64,000 nt of DNA from a virus (Duplodnaviria > Caudoviricetes): IMG/VR virus record IMGVR_UViG_3300020036_009553, positions 1-64,000 of that record; one strand, written 5' to 3'. The position numbers were made by a program, and so were the translations under genes. Below the pieces are notes generated by a model. It had not been told where the DNA came from, made no database searches, and saw only the letters and a program-made list of their open reading frames with translations. Positions 50,366 through 60,317 of the stretch are shown here, in pieces (the stretch's first letter is position 1; the number at the start of each line of letters is the position of its first letter).

Positions 50366-50704
50366 ATGTACAACGATGACGTTGAAATGAAGTACGGAGA
50401 TATCTACGAAATAGAGAAAGACTCTCCTCTTCTTGGCATGGTGACCGCCCTCAAAGAGGGGAAGACGATTACCGAATTCGAAGTGGAGGAAGATTGGAAA
50501 GACGACCACGAAATCTGTCTTGGATGTCGGGTAGTCGTCGATGGTGTTGAATATCGGGTCGGTTTGTTGTGGTTGAATTTCTGCGGAATTCGGATGGCAT
50601 TAGGAGCAGAATTTCAGGATGCCGAAAGTATCACATCGTTGACCGAATTCATTCTCGACAGCGCCACATTTGTCGATGACGACACCGATGAAGTTGATGA
50701 GTAG
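50366..50704 (+). CDS. acidic hypothetical protein, paralog of 59040..59342
   Basis: EExWxDDHExCLGCRxVVxG shared. Confidence 0.6.
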   Translation: MYNDDVEMKYGDIYEIEKDSPLLGMVTALKEGKTITEFEVEEDWKDDHEICLGCRVVVDGVEYRVGLLWLNFCGIRMALGAEFQDAESITSLTEFILDSATFVDDDTDEVDE

Positions 50705-51093
50705 AGATTAACATCTCCGTTGACGGAAGAGGACATTTGGTAGATAATGTCCTCTTTCCATCACCATCTCTCCTCATGTCCTATCATTTCCACTACCAAA
50801 TCATCAAACGAACTAACACTCGGTCAACATCCTATTCGTGGGCATCAATAAAGGCCGTATTAGATCGTAACGGTTTGTCATATGAACTCCCGAATGTCTT
50901 AATTGTGGATGTACGAGTCTCCTTTGACACCAGAGAAGAGGCCGTAATATTCCGTACTAGGTTTGAACAGGACTTGAGAATTGTCCACCGTAACGTAACG
51001 TACACAGTCAAAATAACCAAAACTTGAGTTGACATCTGTCGTCAGTTGGTGGATAATGATCTTCATCAACTGACGACACATGAGGAATTCTAA

Positions 51094-51867
51094 ATGATCA
51101 CTGCCACTCTTCACAAACAAGTTGTTGATACTGTTGTTGATGCATTGTCTACAGCTCAGACGAAGTACAAGACAGCGTTCAAGATGCCGTCAATCGTTTA
51201 TACCAAGCGTGGAACGACTGCAGGAACAGCTGACTACACCAAGTGGGAGATCAACCTCAATCCTGTTCTCCTCGTTGAAAATGTTGAGACGTTTCTCAAG
51301 CGCACTGTCATTCACGAAGTCGCTCACTTGGTTCATTTCATCGTTTGCCCAAAAGACCATGATCGTCGCTATGGCAAGAGAGATGTTCATGGGACAAATT
51401 GGCAGCGTGTGATGTCATCTTTGGGTGGCGAAGATGTGTCTCGTTGTCATTCATACGATGTGTCGTCAGTCATGCAAAACAGGGTGCGGTACGCACACAA
51501 GTGTTCAGTATGCGGCAACGAAGTCCAAGCAGGCCCCAAGTACCACAGCAGAATTGAAAACGGTGAGCGGTTCTTCCACAAGTCTTGTGGTCGTAATAGT
51601 TATCTCATGCCATCGTCGTCTACGGCAGTAAAAGCTACAACTGGTGTCAGCACACCAACGACGTCAAACAAATCGTCTACGGCGGTGAAAACACCAGCTA
51701 AAGGCAGTAAAATCCATCAGTGCTATGAGATGTACAAGATGTATCATCAAAAATACTCCAGGTCTATGATGATCAACGTATTCGTACAAAATTGTGACTG
51801 CACGCCTGCTGGGGCATCTACGTACTACCAAACATGTAAAAAAATGTACGATGCTGGTGTGGTATAA
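51094..51867 (+). CDS. SprT-like zinc metalloprotease with C-terminal GAxTYY domain
   Basis: TAG, HEVAH, HGxxWQxVM, CSVC; ends PAGASTYYQ. Confidence 0.85.
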   Translation: MITATLHKQVVDTVVDALSTAQTKYKTAFKMPSIVYTKRGTTAGTADYTKWEINLNPVLLVENVETFLKRTVIHEVAHLVHFIVCPKDHDRRYGKRDVHGTNWQRVMSSLGGEDVSRCHSYDVSSVMQNRVRYAHKCSVCGNEVQAGPKYHSRIENGERFFHKSCGRNSYLMPSSSTAVKATTGVSTPTTSNKSSTAVKTPAKGSKIHQCYEMYKMYHQKYSRSMMINVFVQNCDCTPAGASTYYQTCKKMYDAGVV

Positions 51868-51934
51868 TCGTTGACCTAACGAGGGAATTAGAGGATAATT
51901 CCCTCATTGACTAACACAACCACGAAAGAAACAA

Positions 51935-52360
51935 ATGAACCTGACCACTACCCAAGTTCGCAACCTCGTCAATTTCATCTCGGCGAAGAATCCTTCAGTC
52001 AGAGAGCTCATGGAAGCTGGGGTGTTGTCCGTTGTTGCTGCAATGATGGACAATATCACGGAAGCTCCCGTCCCCACGTATGTGTATATGGACATGACTG
52101 AAGCCCTGAAATTTAGCTCCCAGATCAGCCCCAAAGTCTCCGGGATCAAGGCAATTCGGTTGTTAACTGATCTTGGATTGACAGAAGCAAAAGAATTGTA
52201 TGAGCAACTCTCTATTAACGATCACTCTCCCATAATTGGGCCAATCATGACTGTTGGGGATGGAGTGGATGAATCAGCGTTGAGGGTGCTGGTGGAAGAG
52301 ACGGAGAAAAGGTTTGATGCTAATGGTATCAGGGGAATTAAATATCTGGTGATGTGTTAG
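51935..52360 (+). CDS. hypothetical protein with ribosomal L7/L12 C-terminal-like motif
   Basis: KVSGIKAIRLLTDLGLTEAKELYE. Confidence 0.55.
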   Translation: MNLTTTQVRNLVNFISAKNPSVRELMEAGVLSVVAAMMDNITEAPVPTYVYMDMTEALKFSSQISPKVSGIKAIRLLTDLGLTEAKELYEQLSINDHSPIIGPIMTVGDGVDESALRVLVEETEKRFDANGIRGIKYLVMC

Positions 52361-52638
52361 TCGTTGACACGGCAAGGGAATTAGAAGATAATTCCCTTGC
52401 CGTTAATACCCCCACGAAGGAATCAAATGAAAATCTCGTCAGACCAAGCTGGAACTCCTGTCAGGTTTTTCAAGGAAAGTGAGCGTGACTCAATCCGGGA
52501 ATTAGCGAGATTCATTCTCCTCGTGTTGTTAATGGAGGTATCTCCGTTGTTTGAAGAGGAGAATGTTATCAAACACAACGGCGTTGATTTCCCACCGAAT
52601 TCGTAAGATAATTAATTTTTGATAGAAAGGGTTACGTT

Positions 52639-52842
52639 ATGAAAAGACAACTTGGATTTACCCTCATTGAGCTACTGATCGTCGTTGCCATCGTGGGCAT
52701 CTTGGGAGCAATCGTTGTTCCAGCAGTTGGAAGATTGTTCAATGGAGGAGAAGCATCCACCGCATCATCTCCGCCACCACAGCAATTCATGGAACAGCAA
52801 GCTCCTCTCGTGGCTCCACGTCCGAGCAACGGACAGTACTAA
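52639..52842 (+). CDS. miniature type IV prepilin-like protein
   Basis: MKRQLG|FTLIELLIVVAIVGILGAIVVP class III signal with E5 and P22. Confidence 0.85.
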   Translation: MKRQLGFTLIELLIVVAIVGILGAIVVPAVGRLFNGGEASTASSPPPQQFMEQQAPLVAPRPSNGQY

Positions 52843-52845
52843 TCA

Positions 52846-53283
52846 ATGCTGGCCGCTCCACTAACTCCAGAATTGGCTACGATAATCGACAACATCGTAG
52901 CCAATTCTGAACCATTAGGCCCAGAATTTGAAAAGGTGTGGGCAGAGAATCATGATGTGCTATATGAGACGGATGGACTTGCGGAACGAAGCAGAGTTCC
53001 TGTGAACTGGAACGTTTTTGGAGAAAAATTCCAGTCCCTGTTTCATGACAAGGTAGCGGATTCGACGAAAACAGCCAGAATCTACCCAATATATGAGGGA
53101 GACACCGTTACGGTAATTGAAATATCGTTGTTTCCCACAGTTACGGTGTCCGAAGAAGAGGAACTAGCAGCAAGAGCAACTATACAATACTTGTGCAGAG
53201 ATTATCAACGGTACCACATTCGCAATGCATCAGAGTATCCTGGCACCACGTGCAGAGATTTATTGGTAGAAATAGTGTTGTAA
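52846..53283 (+). CDS. hypothetical protein
   Basis: Starts 3 nt after the pilin-like gene. Confidence 0.55.
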   Translation: MLAAPLTPELATIIDNIVANSEPLGPEFEKVWAENHDVLYETDGLAERSRVPVNWNVFGEKFQSLFHDKVADSTKTARIYPIYEGDTVTVIEISLFPTVTVSEEEELAARATIQYLCRDYQRYHIRNASEYPGTTCRDLLVEIVL

Positions 53284-53580
53284 CGGTTGACATTTTTCAT
53301 TAAATACCGTATAATTACTCCATTAACTGGAGAAATCAAATGACCGTTGCTGATATCAATGGCTTGGAACCTGATGGTTACTCCATTAACTGGAGAAAAG
53401 AAATGTTTGGTGATGTGCAGACAAAAGAGATGTTCTTCCTCTATTCCCGTCCGGAAGACTACACCATGTCACGACCCTTGACAAAAGAGGAAAATGATGC
53501 GAGAATCGCTGAAGATAACAAGCCCGTTCCAAGTCGGTTGTTATCATCTTTGATAGCTCGCATTGTATAAATACACAAAT

Positions 53581-53652
<72 letters not shown>

Positions 53653-53664
53653 CAGATCAATTGG

Positions 53665-53847
53665 TTACGAAGCGAGTACTTTTGCTGCTTCCGCGTTCAG
53701 TGCTACCATACCCTTGAGGAGATGTTCCTCAATAAACAGCACGTGTTGAGCATCGAGGTCGTTCCATGTATTAACTGTTTCGCATTCAACGACGCCCTTT
53801 GAATCGGTTAGTTCAAATGTAACCGTAACAGTCTTTTTGTTTGCCAT
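53665..53847 (-). CDS. small hypothetical protein (probably late)
   Basis: Minus-strand AAGGA RBS and CATAAATA upstream. Confidence 0.55.
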   Translation of the reverse strand: MANKKTVTVTFELTDSKGVVECETVNTWNDLDAQHVLFIEEHLLKGMVALNAEAAKVLAS

Positions 53848-53992
53848 TTCATTCCTTTCAAATTTCGGGCGCGAGAAACAATTCCTCGGCATGTTTATTT
53901 ATGTAAAATCGGCAATAGTGCTCCTTTTAATTAAAATTGTTGACTTCACTTGAACATTCCTGTATAATTTCTTCATTAACTGGAGACAATAA

Positions 53993-54214
53993 ATGACTGG
54001 TTGGGGATTTTTGAGAGAGCTTAACAAACTTTGCCACTTTCAAACAAGAGAGGGAAAGAAGGTTGGGCCGGTGAGTTCATCTGAATTGAAGAGATGGCTT
54101 CAACAAAAAGCTGTTCTTGTCAATGGTGAGCCTCTTGATTGGGACGAAGAGATGGACTTTGTGATCCATTCGTGTGTCCTCTTCCCGAAAGGTAATACGG
54201 TTACTTTGTGGTAG
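53993..54214 (+). CDS. small protein with S4-like motif
   Basis: SSSELKRWLQQKAVLVNG. Confidence 0.5.
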   Translation: MTGWGFLRELNKLCHFQTREGKKVGPVSSSELKRWLQQKAVLVNGEPLDWDEEMDFVIHSCVLFPKGNTVTLW

Positions 54215-54468
54215 TTAGTTGACTTTGTTGTGTATGTAAAGTATAATGACTACACCAACTGACGGAGAGATGAAAATGAATACATGGAAATTTACCAAAG
54301 ATAATGCTACCTTCTGGGACACTTGTAGTATTGAGGTGGTTAATGAGTGGATCAGTAAGGGCTGGAACGCCGTTATCTGCCGGTAGAAGAAGACAGCTGC
54401 CCACCCAGCATGTTGTTGACATTGCTTGAACTTTCCTGTATAATCTGTTCATTAAATGGAGAAAACAG

Positions 54469-54840
54469 ATGTCCACAATCAATGAACAAATCGTTGCTCG
54501 TACCAAAATCTTGGTTGAGAGCCAAATTTTATACGATTGCCCGTCGTTTCCAACTGGAAGAGACCCGTACAACAATGTCGCGATCGACATCGGCCGTGAT
54601 ATAGCGGTTGAGACTATTGGGGAAACGGGCCTTCTCGATATTGTCAGGGGGGCTGAACTGCTTTCGGATGCTTCCCTCCTTCAACTTGCGGCTGAAATCA
54701 CACTTCACAAATTGTTCAGTTTCAATAGCTGGATTGAGGAAGTCAGGGATTATATGATCAAGCATCAAGATCAATGTGTTCCTTTGTGGAATTATATGGA
54801 ATCGTTGGGACTACCAGCGGTCGTTGAAAAAAGTCGTTGA
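54469..54840 (+). CDS. hypothetical protein
   Basis: Own promoter and GGAGA RBS. Confidence 0.55.
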   Translation: MSTINEQIVARTKILVESQILYDCPSFPTGRDPYNNVAIDIGRDIAVETIGETGLLDIVRGAELLSDASLLQLAAEITLHKLFSFNSWIEEVRDYMIKHQDQCVPLWNYMESLGLPAVVEKSR

Positions 54841-55224
54841 TTTCTCATTATAAATACAGTATAATATCTCCATCAAATAGAGAAAACAAATGAATTTTGC
54901 TGAATATAATATGTTCATCAAATGGAGAACACAAATGAAGTTTGCTGACTTTGTACAGAGATGTCAACAACTTCTTCGGGAGAATCCCGAAACATCAACG
55001 ATGAAGGTATTCAACACATCGGTTATGGATTCTCCTCAACGGTTTGTGACGTCTGGGGTATATGTTGGATCTGTGACGTGTGAGGATCTAGGTGGTGAGT
55101 GTGAACGGTTTTTGATTACTGGTGATCCTGATGTAGCCCTTCTTGAACCGCTGAATGACGTTCCCGTTCAGTCATTCACAGTGGATTGTGTGGTCATTGA
55201 CGCGTATTGAGTATAAATAGTACA

Positions 55225-55629
55225 ATGAAGATTTGTACAAAATGTAAAGTCCTTAAAGGTTTAGACGAATTTCATCGAAGCTGTAAGGGAAAACTGGGTG
55301 TTCAGCCTGCGTGTAAAGAATGTATGAACGCTGCTTACACCATTTCTCGTAACAAAAAGCGTCAGCACTACCAGGAAGTTGGGTACGCACGTAATAGGCT
55401 CGTAACAACGAAAATTGAAGAATATAAAGCAAGTAAGGGATGTACGATTTGTGGGGAGATGGATCCTTGTTGTATCGATTTTCATCACACAGACCCCTCC
55501 AAGAAAGAAAATGCGATTTCAAATATGAGGCACTGCTCTTGGGATACTGTTCTGGTTGAGGTCGCAAAGTGTATCCCGCTTTGTCGCAATTGTCACGCAA
55601 AAGTTCACGCAGGAAAATTGAAGTTATAA
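55225..55629 (+). CDS. freestanding HNH endonuclease with N-terminal zinc ribbon
   Basis: CTKC, CKEC, CTICG..DFHH...KCIPLCRNCHAKVH; TATAAATA just upstream. Confidence 0.8.
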   Translation: MKICTKCKVLKGLDEFHRSCKGKLGVQPACKECMNAAYTISRNKKRQHYQEVGYARNRLVTTKIEEYKASKGCTICGEMDPCCIDFHHTDPSKKENAISNMRHCSWDTVLVEVAKCIPLCRNCHAKVHAGKLKL

Positions 55630-55708
55630 CGGAATGTCGCCTAGTCAGGTTATGGCACCTGCTTTGGGAGCAGGTATAACGAGAGTTCGAATCCCTCCAT
55701 TCCGACCA
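55630..55708 (+). tRNA. tRNA-Pro(TGG)
   Basis: CGGAATG/CATTCCG-A-CCA; CCTGC-TT TGG GA-GCAGG. Confidence 0.9.
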
Positions 55709-55733
55709 ATTGATTTTTATGAAAGGAGTTAAA

Positions 55734-55892
55734 ATGAAAACTTACTTGGTTGCTATGGCGTGTGTTGTCCTGATGGCATCCAATGCTGCATTTGCTTATA
55801 CCGCTGCGATGGGGGATTTTAGCCGTCCCGGGCAGTATTGTACTACATCGTGTAACCAATACACCAATCAGTGTACCACCTACTGTCGATAA
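55734..55892 (+). CDS. small secreted Cys-rich peptide 1
   Basis: AAGGAG RBS; signal peptide ending AFA; mature part has 4 Cys. Confidence 0.7.
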   Translation: MKTYLVAMACVVLMASNAAFAYTAAMGDFSRPGQYCTTSCNQYTNQCTTYCR

Positions 55893-55914
55893 TTTTTCCT
55901 TGAAAGGATTCAAA

Positions 55915-56076
55915 ATGAAAAACGTAATGCGTCTGGTTATTTTGGTGATTTGTTTGGGAAGTAATGTTGCTCCTTCCTTTGCTGGGAATTGTGACTACTC
56001 ATGGCAAACTGCATCAAATGGATCCTCATGTGGCGGTCGCGCCGCTGATCAACGTCCTGGTGGGAAATTTCAATGA
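55915..56076 (+). CDS. small secreted Cys-containing peptide 2
   Basis: Signal peptide ending SFA; GNCDYSWQTASNGSSCGGRAA. Confidence 0.7.
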   Translation: MKNVMRLVILVICLGSNVAPSFAGNCDYSWQTASNGSSCGGRAADQRPGGKFQ

Positions 56077-56195
56077 AATTGACGCTGCTTGTTGTGCTGC
56101 TGTTTTCGCTGGGTCCTGCGTTTGCGTATCAAAAGGACGGGTGTCCTTGTTATGATAAGCCGTATTTTCCCAACTGTATTTGTAGCAAAAAGTAG
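56073..56195 (+). CDS. small secreted Cys-rich peptide 3 (not in ORF track)
   Basis: MKLTLLVVLLFSLGPAFA-YQKDGCPCYDKPYFPNCICSKK; ATGA overlap. Confidence 0.65.
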   Translation: MKLTLLVVLLFSLGPAFAYQKDGCPCYDKPYFPNCICSKK

Positions 56196-57238
56196 TTGAC
56201 ATTGAAGAGAAATTGACGTATAATGATCTTCATTGAATGAGAGATAAATTGGTTACGATAGAGCCTGATTCCACCACCGAGTGGATAGGGCCAAGAAGTC
56301 CGCAAGGACAGTATGCTAATCAACAATAAACCAAAATGTTTTTGTAGTAAAAAAGTAGTTGTCTTAACAAAGGAAAAGCAGTATAATGATCTTGTTGTTG
56401 AGGGAATCAGGAAATAGAGTGAATTACGACGGAGAGCAGCCATGTACTTTTGCCAGGCATTCCGATCCACTTGATCCTGATTCAATAGTTAAAATGGTGA
56501 TTAGACATTCTAATTAGCCACCAGGAGGTGAGGCACCGATGGGCAGTTAACTTGAGACACTTTAAAATATAGATAATAGTTAATTAAAGCGATTCACCCC
56601 AAGAGGAATCGGCCTCTTGGGGAACCCACCTGAGATGTCAATAATTAAAAAAGTTTCAGTTGTTGACATTTGATTCAAAATGTAGTAAAATGTACTTGTT
56701 GTTGAGAGAGAAGTAAACGAACACAAATAATAACACCGGTCGGCGCATGGCCATTATACGACAGCCCAATTGCCACCGTTATGTTATGTGTATCGTCAAG
56801 GCTTCGTTAACCTTTAACATAAGTAAAAGTTACTTTAATGAACCGCCAGGAGGTGAGGCAAAAATGATTTAAGATCCAAATATAATGTAAGTTTATTATA
56901 GAGGATTAATAATTGTTACGCTTACGACTGTAGTGAATGGTGAAAGCAGGTAACTACACGAGTGGCTCTGGGAAACAAGGACAGACAGAATGCTGTCCGA
57001 AGAAGGGATGGAACGATTGAGAAATGGTTCCATGTGTGAAGAGCGTGAGGAGGGGCTACTTCACAAATTCTCTGAAAAATCCTTGATCGTCAGTTGAGGA
57101 TGCTCCGGAAGTACCTGGTGGTAGAAACTTCCGTGTAATTATTTCTTTAACAAAAGAGATAATATTGGTCAACCACATCCGAATTCATGGTTTGAGGGGT
57201 GGTAGTAGCGACAAATCGCTCCCATCCCTCTCTTTTTT
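56196..57238 (+). ncRNA. promoter-driven, ORF-free, hairpin-rich block (candidate ncRNAs and minigenes)
   Basis: Three sigma70-like promoters, many stems, 3' terminator. Confidence 0.5.
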
Positions 57239-57303
57239 GTTGACATTATCGCCGATACGTTGTATAATGATCTTCATCAGCTGACAACACGAGGAGAAAG
57301 AAA

Positions 57304-57930
57304 ATGCAATTGTACACTATCGCAGCTCAAAGCAAGTACATGCTGTTCATTGAACAAATCGTCGACATTGAAGATGCTGGTGACGATTTCATTACGGCTG
57401 AAGAGATGTGCGAAATGACGGGCGAAGAGTTCAACGAAGCACGTAGGTATTACTTTGATGATCGTGTCTTTCGTCGTGATGCGATTAAGGAGGCACTCGG
57501 TGTTCTTGCTGACGAGATTCGCAAAACAGGCAAAAAGTCAGTTCTTATCAAAGATGATGAGTTGCTGGAGGTGTTTAAACAAGGGTATTCAATTTCTGAA
57601 TTCGCTGAAGGTTTTCGTCGTGTTGGTAACCGCTTGTTTTTACAAGAGAAAAAGCCAAATGGCCCCAAAAAGGCTAATATGAATGTGTTGGCTTATCGTG
57701 TACAACAAACTGTCAATAACGGCAACAAGTACGAGATCGAAATAAAGTATGCAAGTCATGACGTTCCTGGTACAATTGCGTTGTGCAAGAAGCTGGTTTC
57801 ATGGGAAGATATCTTGTGGGAAGACAACGGGTACAAAAACGTGAATGACGAAACGATCGGTTTTTGCAAGCAGATTTGGGACAATCCCAACATTTTCAAT
57901 ACTGCCAAAAAAGAAGCATCGCCCACTTGA
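57304..57930 (+). CDS. hypothetical protein
   Basis: Promoter cassette and GAGGAG RBS. Confidence 0.7.
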   Translation: MQLYTIAAQSKYMLFIEQIVDIEDAGDDFITAEEMCEMTGEEFNEARRYYFDDRVFRRDAIKEALGVLADEIRKTGKKSVLIKDDELLEVFKQGYSISEFAEGFRRVGNRLFLQEKKPNGPKKANMNVLAYRVQQTVNNGNKYEIEIKYASHDVPGTIALCKKLVSWEDILWEDNGYKNVNDETIGFCKQIWDNPNIFNTAKKEASPT

Positions 57931-57994
57931 CTTGATCGCGATTTCGTAGTATAATCACTATACCAACTGACGTAACACAACTAGGAGATTCAAA

Positions 57995-58582
57995 ATGACC
58001 CAAACTCAAGCCATCGCCATCAGCACCATGACTTCAAACATCAACGTGGGCATGGACGAAGTTGTTTCGGTGTTCGTGGCAAAGTACGAAAGTGGACTTT
58101 TTGCAAAAAAGGACGATCTTTCTGCGAAGATTAAGGCGATTAAGCAGGAAATTGAACAAATCGATCGTGATCTGGTGAAGTCGGTTGATTCGACTGATTA
58201 CGACGTGACTGTTCCTAAGCTTGGTCTGTTGTTCAAGATGGGAGAAGTTCTTATTCATTGGGGTGAAACGTATCATCATGCCAAGAACACGATGATGATC
58301 GAAATTGCGATGTTCGATAAGTCGGATGATTATCAACGTGCGATATTCACGAAAATGGAAAATCGCCCAATTCCGGCTGATGTGGTGACAAAACGCGACG
58401 AAGCGAAAAGTCAACTGGCCGTTTTGACTGGTGAGTTGATGGAGGTGATGGGACTGATCAAATCGGTCAGTCGTAAAGAACGTCAAATTCGTGGGAAGAT
58501 TTCGGAGATGAAGTTGGCTGAAAGTGGCAAGGCTGGTTTGTTGGACAATCCCGAAATGTTGCAGTTGATTCAAATCAACTAA
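57995..58582 (+). CDS. hypothetical coiled-coil protein
   Basis: Promoter cassette, AGGAG RBS, terminator at 58601-58624. Confidence 0.7.
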   Translation: MTQTQAIAISTMTSNINVGMDEVVSVFVAKYESGLFAKKDDLSAKIKAIKQEIEQIDRDLVKSVDSTDYDVTVPKLGLLFKMGEVLIHWGETYHHAKNTMMIEIAMFDKSDDYQRAIFTKMENRPIPADVVTKRDEAKSQLAVLTGELMEVMGLIKSVSRKERQIRGKISEMKLAESGKAGLLDNPEMLQLIQIN

Positions 58583-59039
58583 CCTGAATGTTGTAATGTA
58601 AGAGGGCTGAAAGGCCCTCTTTTCGTTTCCGTTGACATTATCGCCGATACGTTGTATAATGATCTTCATCAACTGGAGACAATCGTGGCAACTTTCTATA
58701 CAGATGAATTTAAGTGGGCGGCAGCATCCAAGTCCTTCATTCAAGATGCCGCATATCTTGGTGGACATCCATTCCATGATCTGGGACAAGGACAGCATGG
58801 GCTAATACTCGTCAATAATTACAGCGATGTTGGAGTATTCACGATTGATCGGTGCTTCTCCGACGTCAAGTCAAAAAAAGTAACTGTGTCGTTGTCATCT
58901 CGTCCAGTAGGTAGTTGGTTTGATGCGATGGGGGTCGTTGTTGAAAACATGAATCAAGATTGGTTCATGTGAGTTGACAATGGCTATCGGTTGTTGTATA
59001 ATGACTCCATCAACTGACAAATCAACCAAAGAAAATACC

Positions 59040-59342
59040 ATGCCCGATCCAACAGATAAGTACCTGGATCTTATTGACCCAGAAGAAGGAAGTGGAGTCA
59101 ATCCGTTACTTTGCACCATGTTCAACGACATTACATATGGTCACGCGATTGCAGAATTTGCAATCGAAGAGCATTGGGAGGATGATCATGAATTTTGTCT
59201 TGGGTGCAGGGCTGTTGTTAACGGGACAGTTTATTACTTCGCAATGATGTGGTTGCGTCTTTCAGATATCAGAATGGCATTTTGTGCTGAAACAGACGAC
59301 CGATCCAAGCTAGTCAAATACCTATTTGAATATGTTTCTTGA
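59040..59342 (+). CDS. hypothetical protein, paralog of 50366..50704
   Basis: EEHWEDDHEFCLGCRAVVNG. Confidence 0.6.
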   Translation: MPDPTDKYLDLIDPEEGSGVNPLLCTMFNDITYGHAIAEFAIEEHWEDDHEFCLGCRAVVNGTVYYFAMMWLRLSDIRMAFCAETDDRSKLVKYLFEYVS

Positions 59343-59404
59343 TTGTTGACTTGATGGAGTCATTGTTGTATAATGATCTTCATCAACTGACGAAAGGACC
59401 TCAA

Positions 59405-59719
59405 ATGTACGTATGTTTCAGCAATGCTGGCAATTGGGACGAACAATGTCTCGGATTCATTGGAACAATCAATGACGAGGACGTCATAAACAAGGGCGTG
59501 GATGGTGCTGTTCGTGATTTTCTTGCCAATGAACCATCAGCAGATTTTACCAATCCCAAGTTTGCCATCCATAGTTACGATGCCGATACAGCTGAAGCAT
59601 ATCGAGACATGCTCGATGACAATGAATTCTCCTGCTACTTCAATGCTACTCCGTCATTCTACGCTGTGTTCCCTGGTGGTGATTATGTTGACGCTATCTT
59701 TGTTTTTGCACGCGTTTGA
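59405..59719 (+). CDS. acidic hypothetical protein
   Basis: Promoter cassette and AAGGA RBS. Confidence 0.55.
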   Translation: MYVCFSNAGNWDEQCLGFIGTINDEDVINKGVDGAVRDFLANEPSADFTNPKFAIHSYDADTAEAYRDMLDDNEFSCYFNATPSFYAVFPGGDYVDAIFVFARV

Positions 59720-59791
59720 CAACAGTTGACATTTGAAGTTGATGGAGCTATAATGGCTCCATCAACTGACAAACACACAAGGAGAGACACG

Positions 59792-60139
59792 ATGACCACA
59801 ATGTATTATTTCGGGAATGTTTGTTGTCGTGGAGATACCCGCAAAATGTCTGGCACCATTGACTCGGAGAAGATTGACGAAGCATTTGCTGTGAGGGGCA
59901 ATGAAGAGTTGGTTGAAGAATACTGCGATGGGCAAGAAATCACCTCATCCAACTTCGACGAAGTCAATTTACTCTGTGGTATCGCTCAACCTTTCCTGCA
60001 CGACGCCGCCGAGTTTGAGAACTGGAAGAACAACAGGGCCTTCGTCCTTCTCATGGAGGAATGTGAATATGCTGTTGCCCCAACTCTTCGTGATGCCAAA
60101 GTAGCATGGGCTGAAATCGAAATAGACGTTGACTTTTGA
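59792..60139 (+). CDS. acidic hypothetical protein
   Basis: Hairpin promoter and AAGGAG RBS. Confidence 0.55.
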   Translation: MTTMYYFGNVCCRGDTRKMSGTIDSEKIDEAFAVRGNEELVEEYCDGQEITSSNFDEVNLLCGIAQPFLHDAAEFENWKNNRAFVLLMEECEYAVAPTLRDAKVAWAEIEIDVDF

Positions 60140-60317
60140 CCCTGATGGAGCTATAATGGCTCCATCAACTGACAACACCACATAAATAAGGACTGAAATG
60201 GAAACGATCAAACTGGTAGCAATGGTGGTAGTGGTTATTCTCTTTGCCCCAACCATGTGCCGCATCGTCGCCGCTCTGGCAAGTGACGAAGACTTGACCA
60301 AATAATAAGGAACCACT

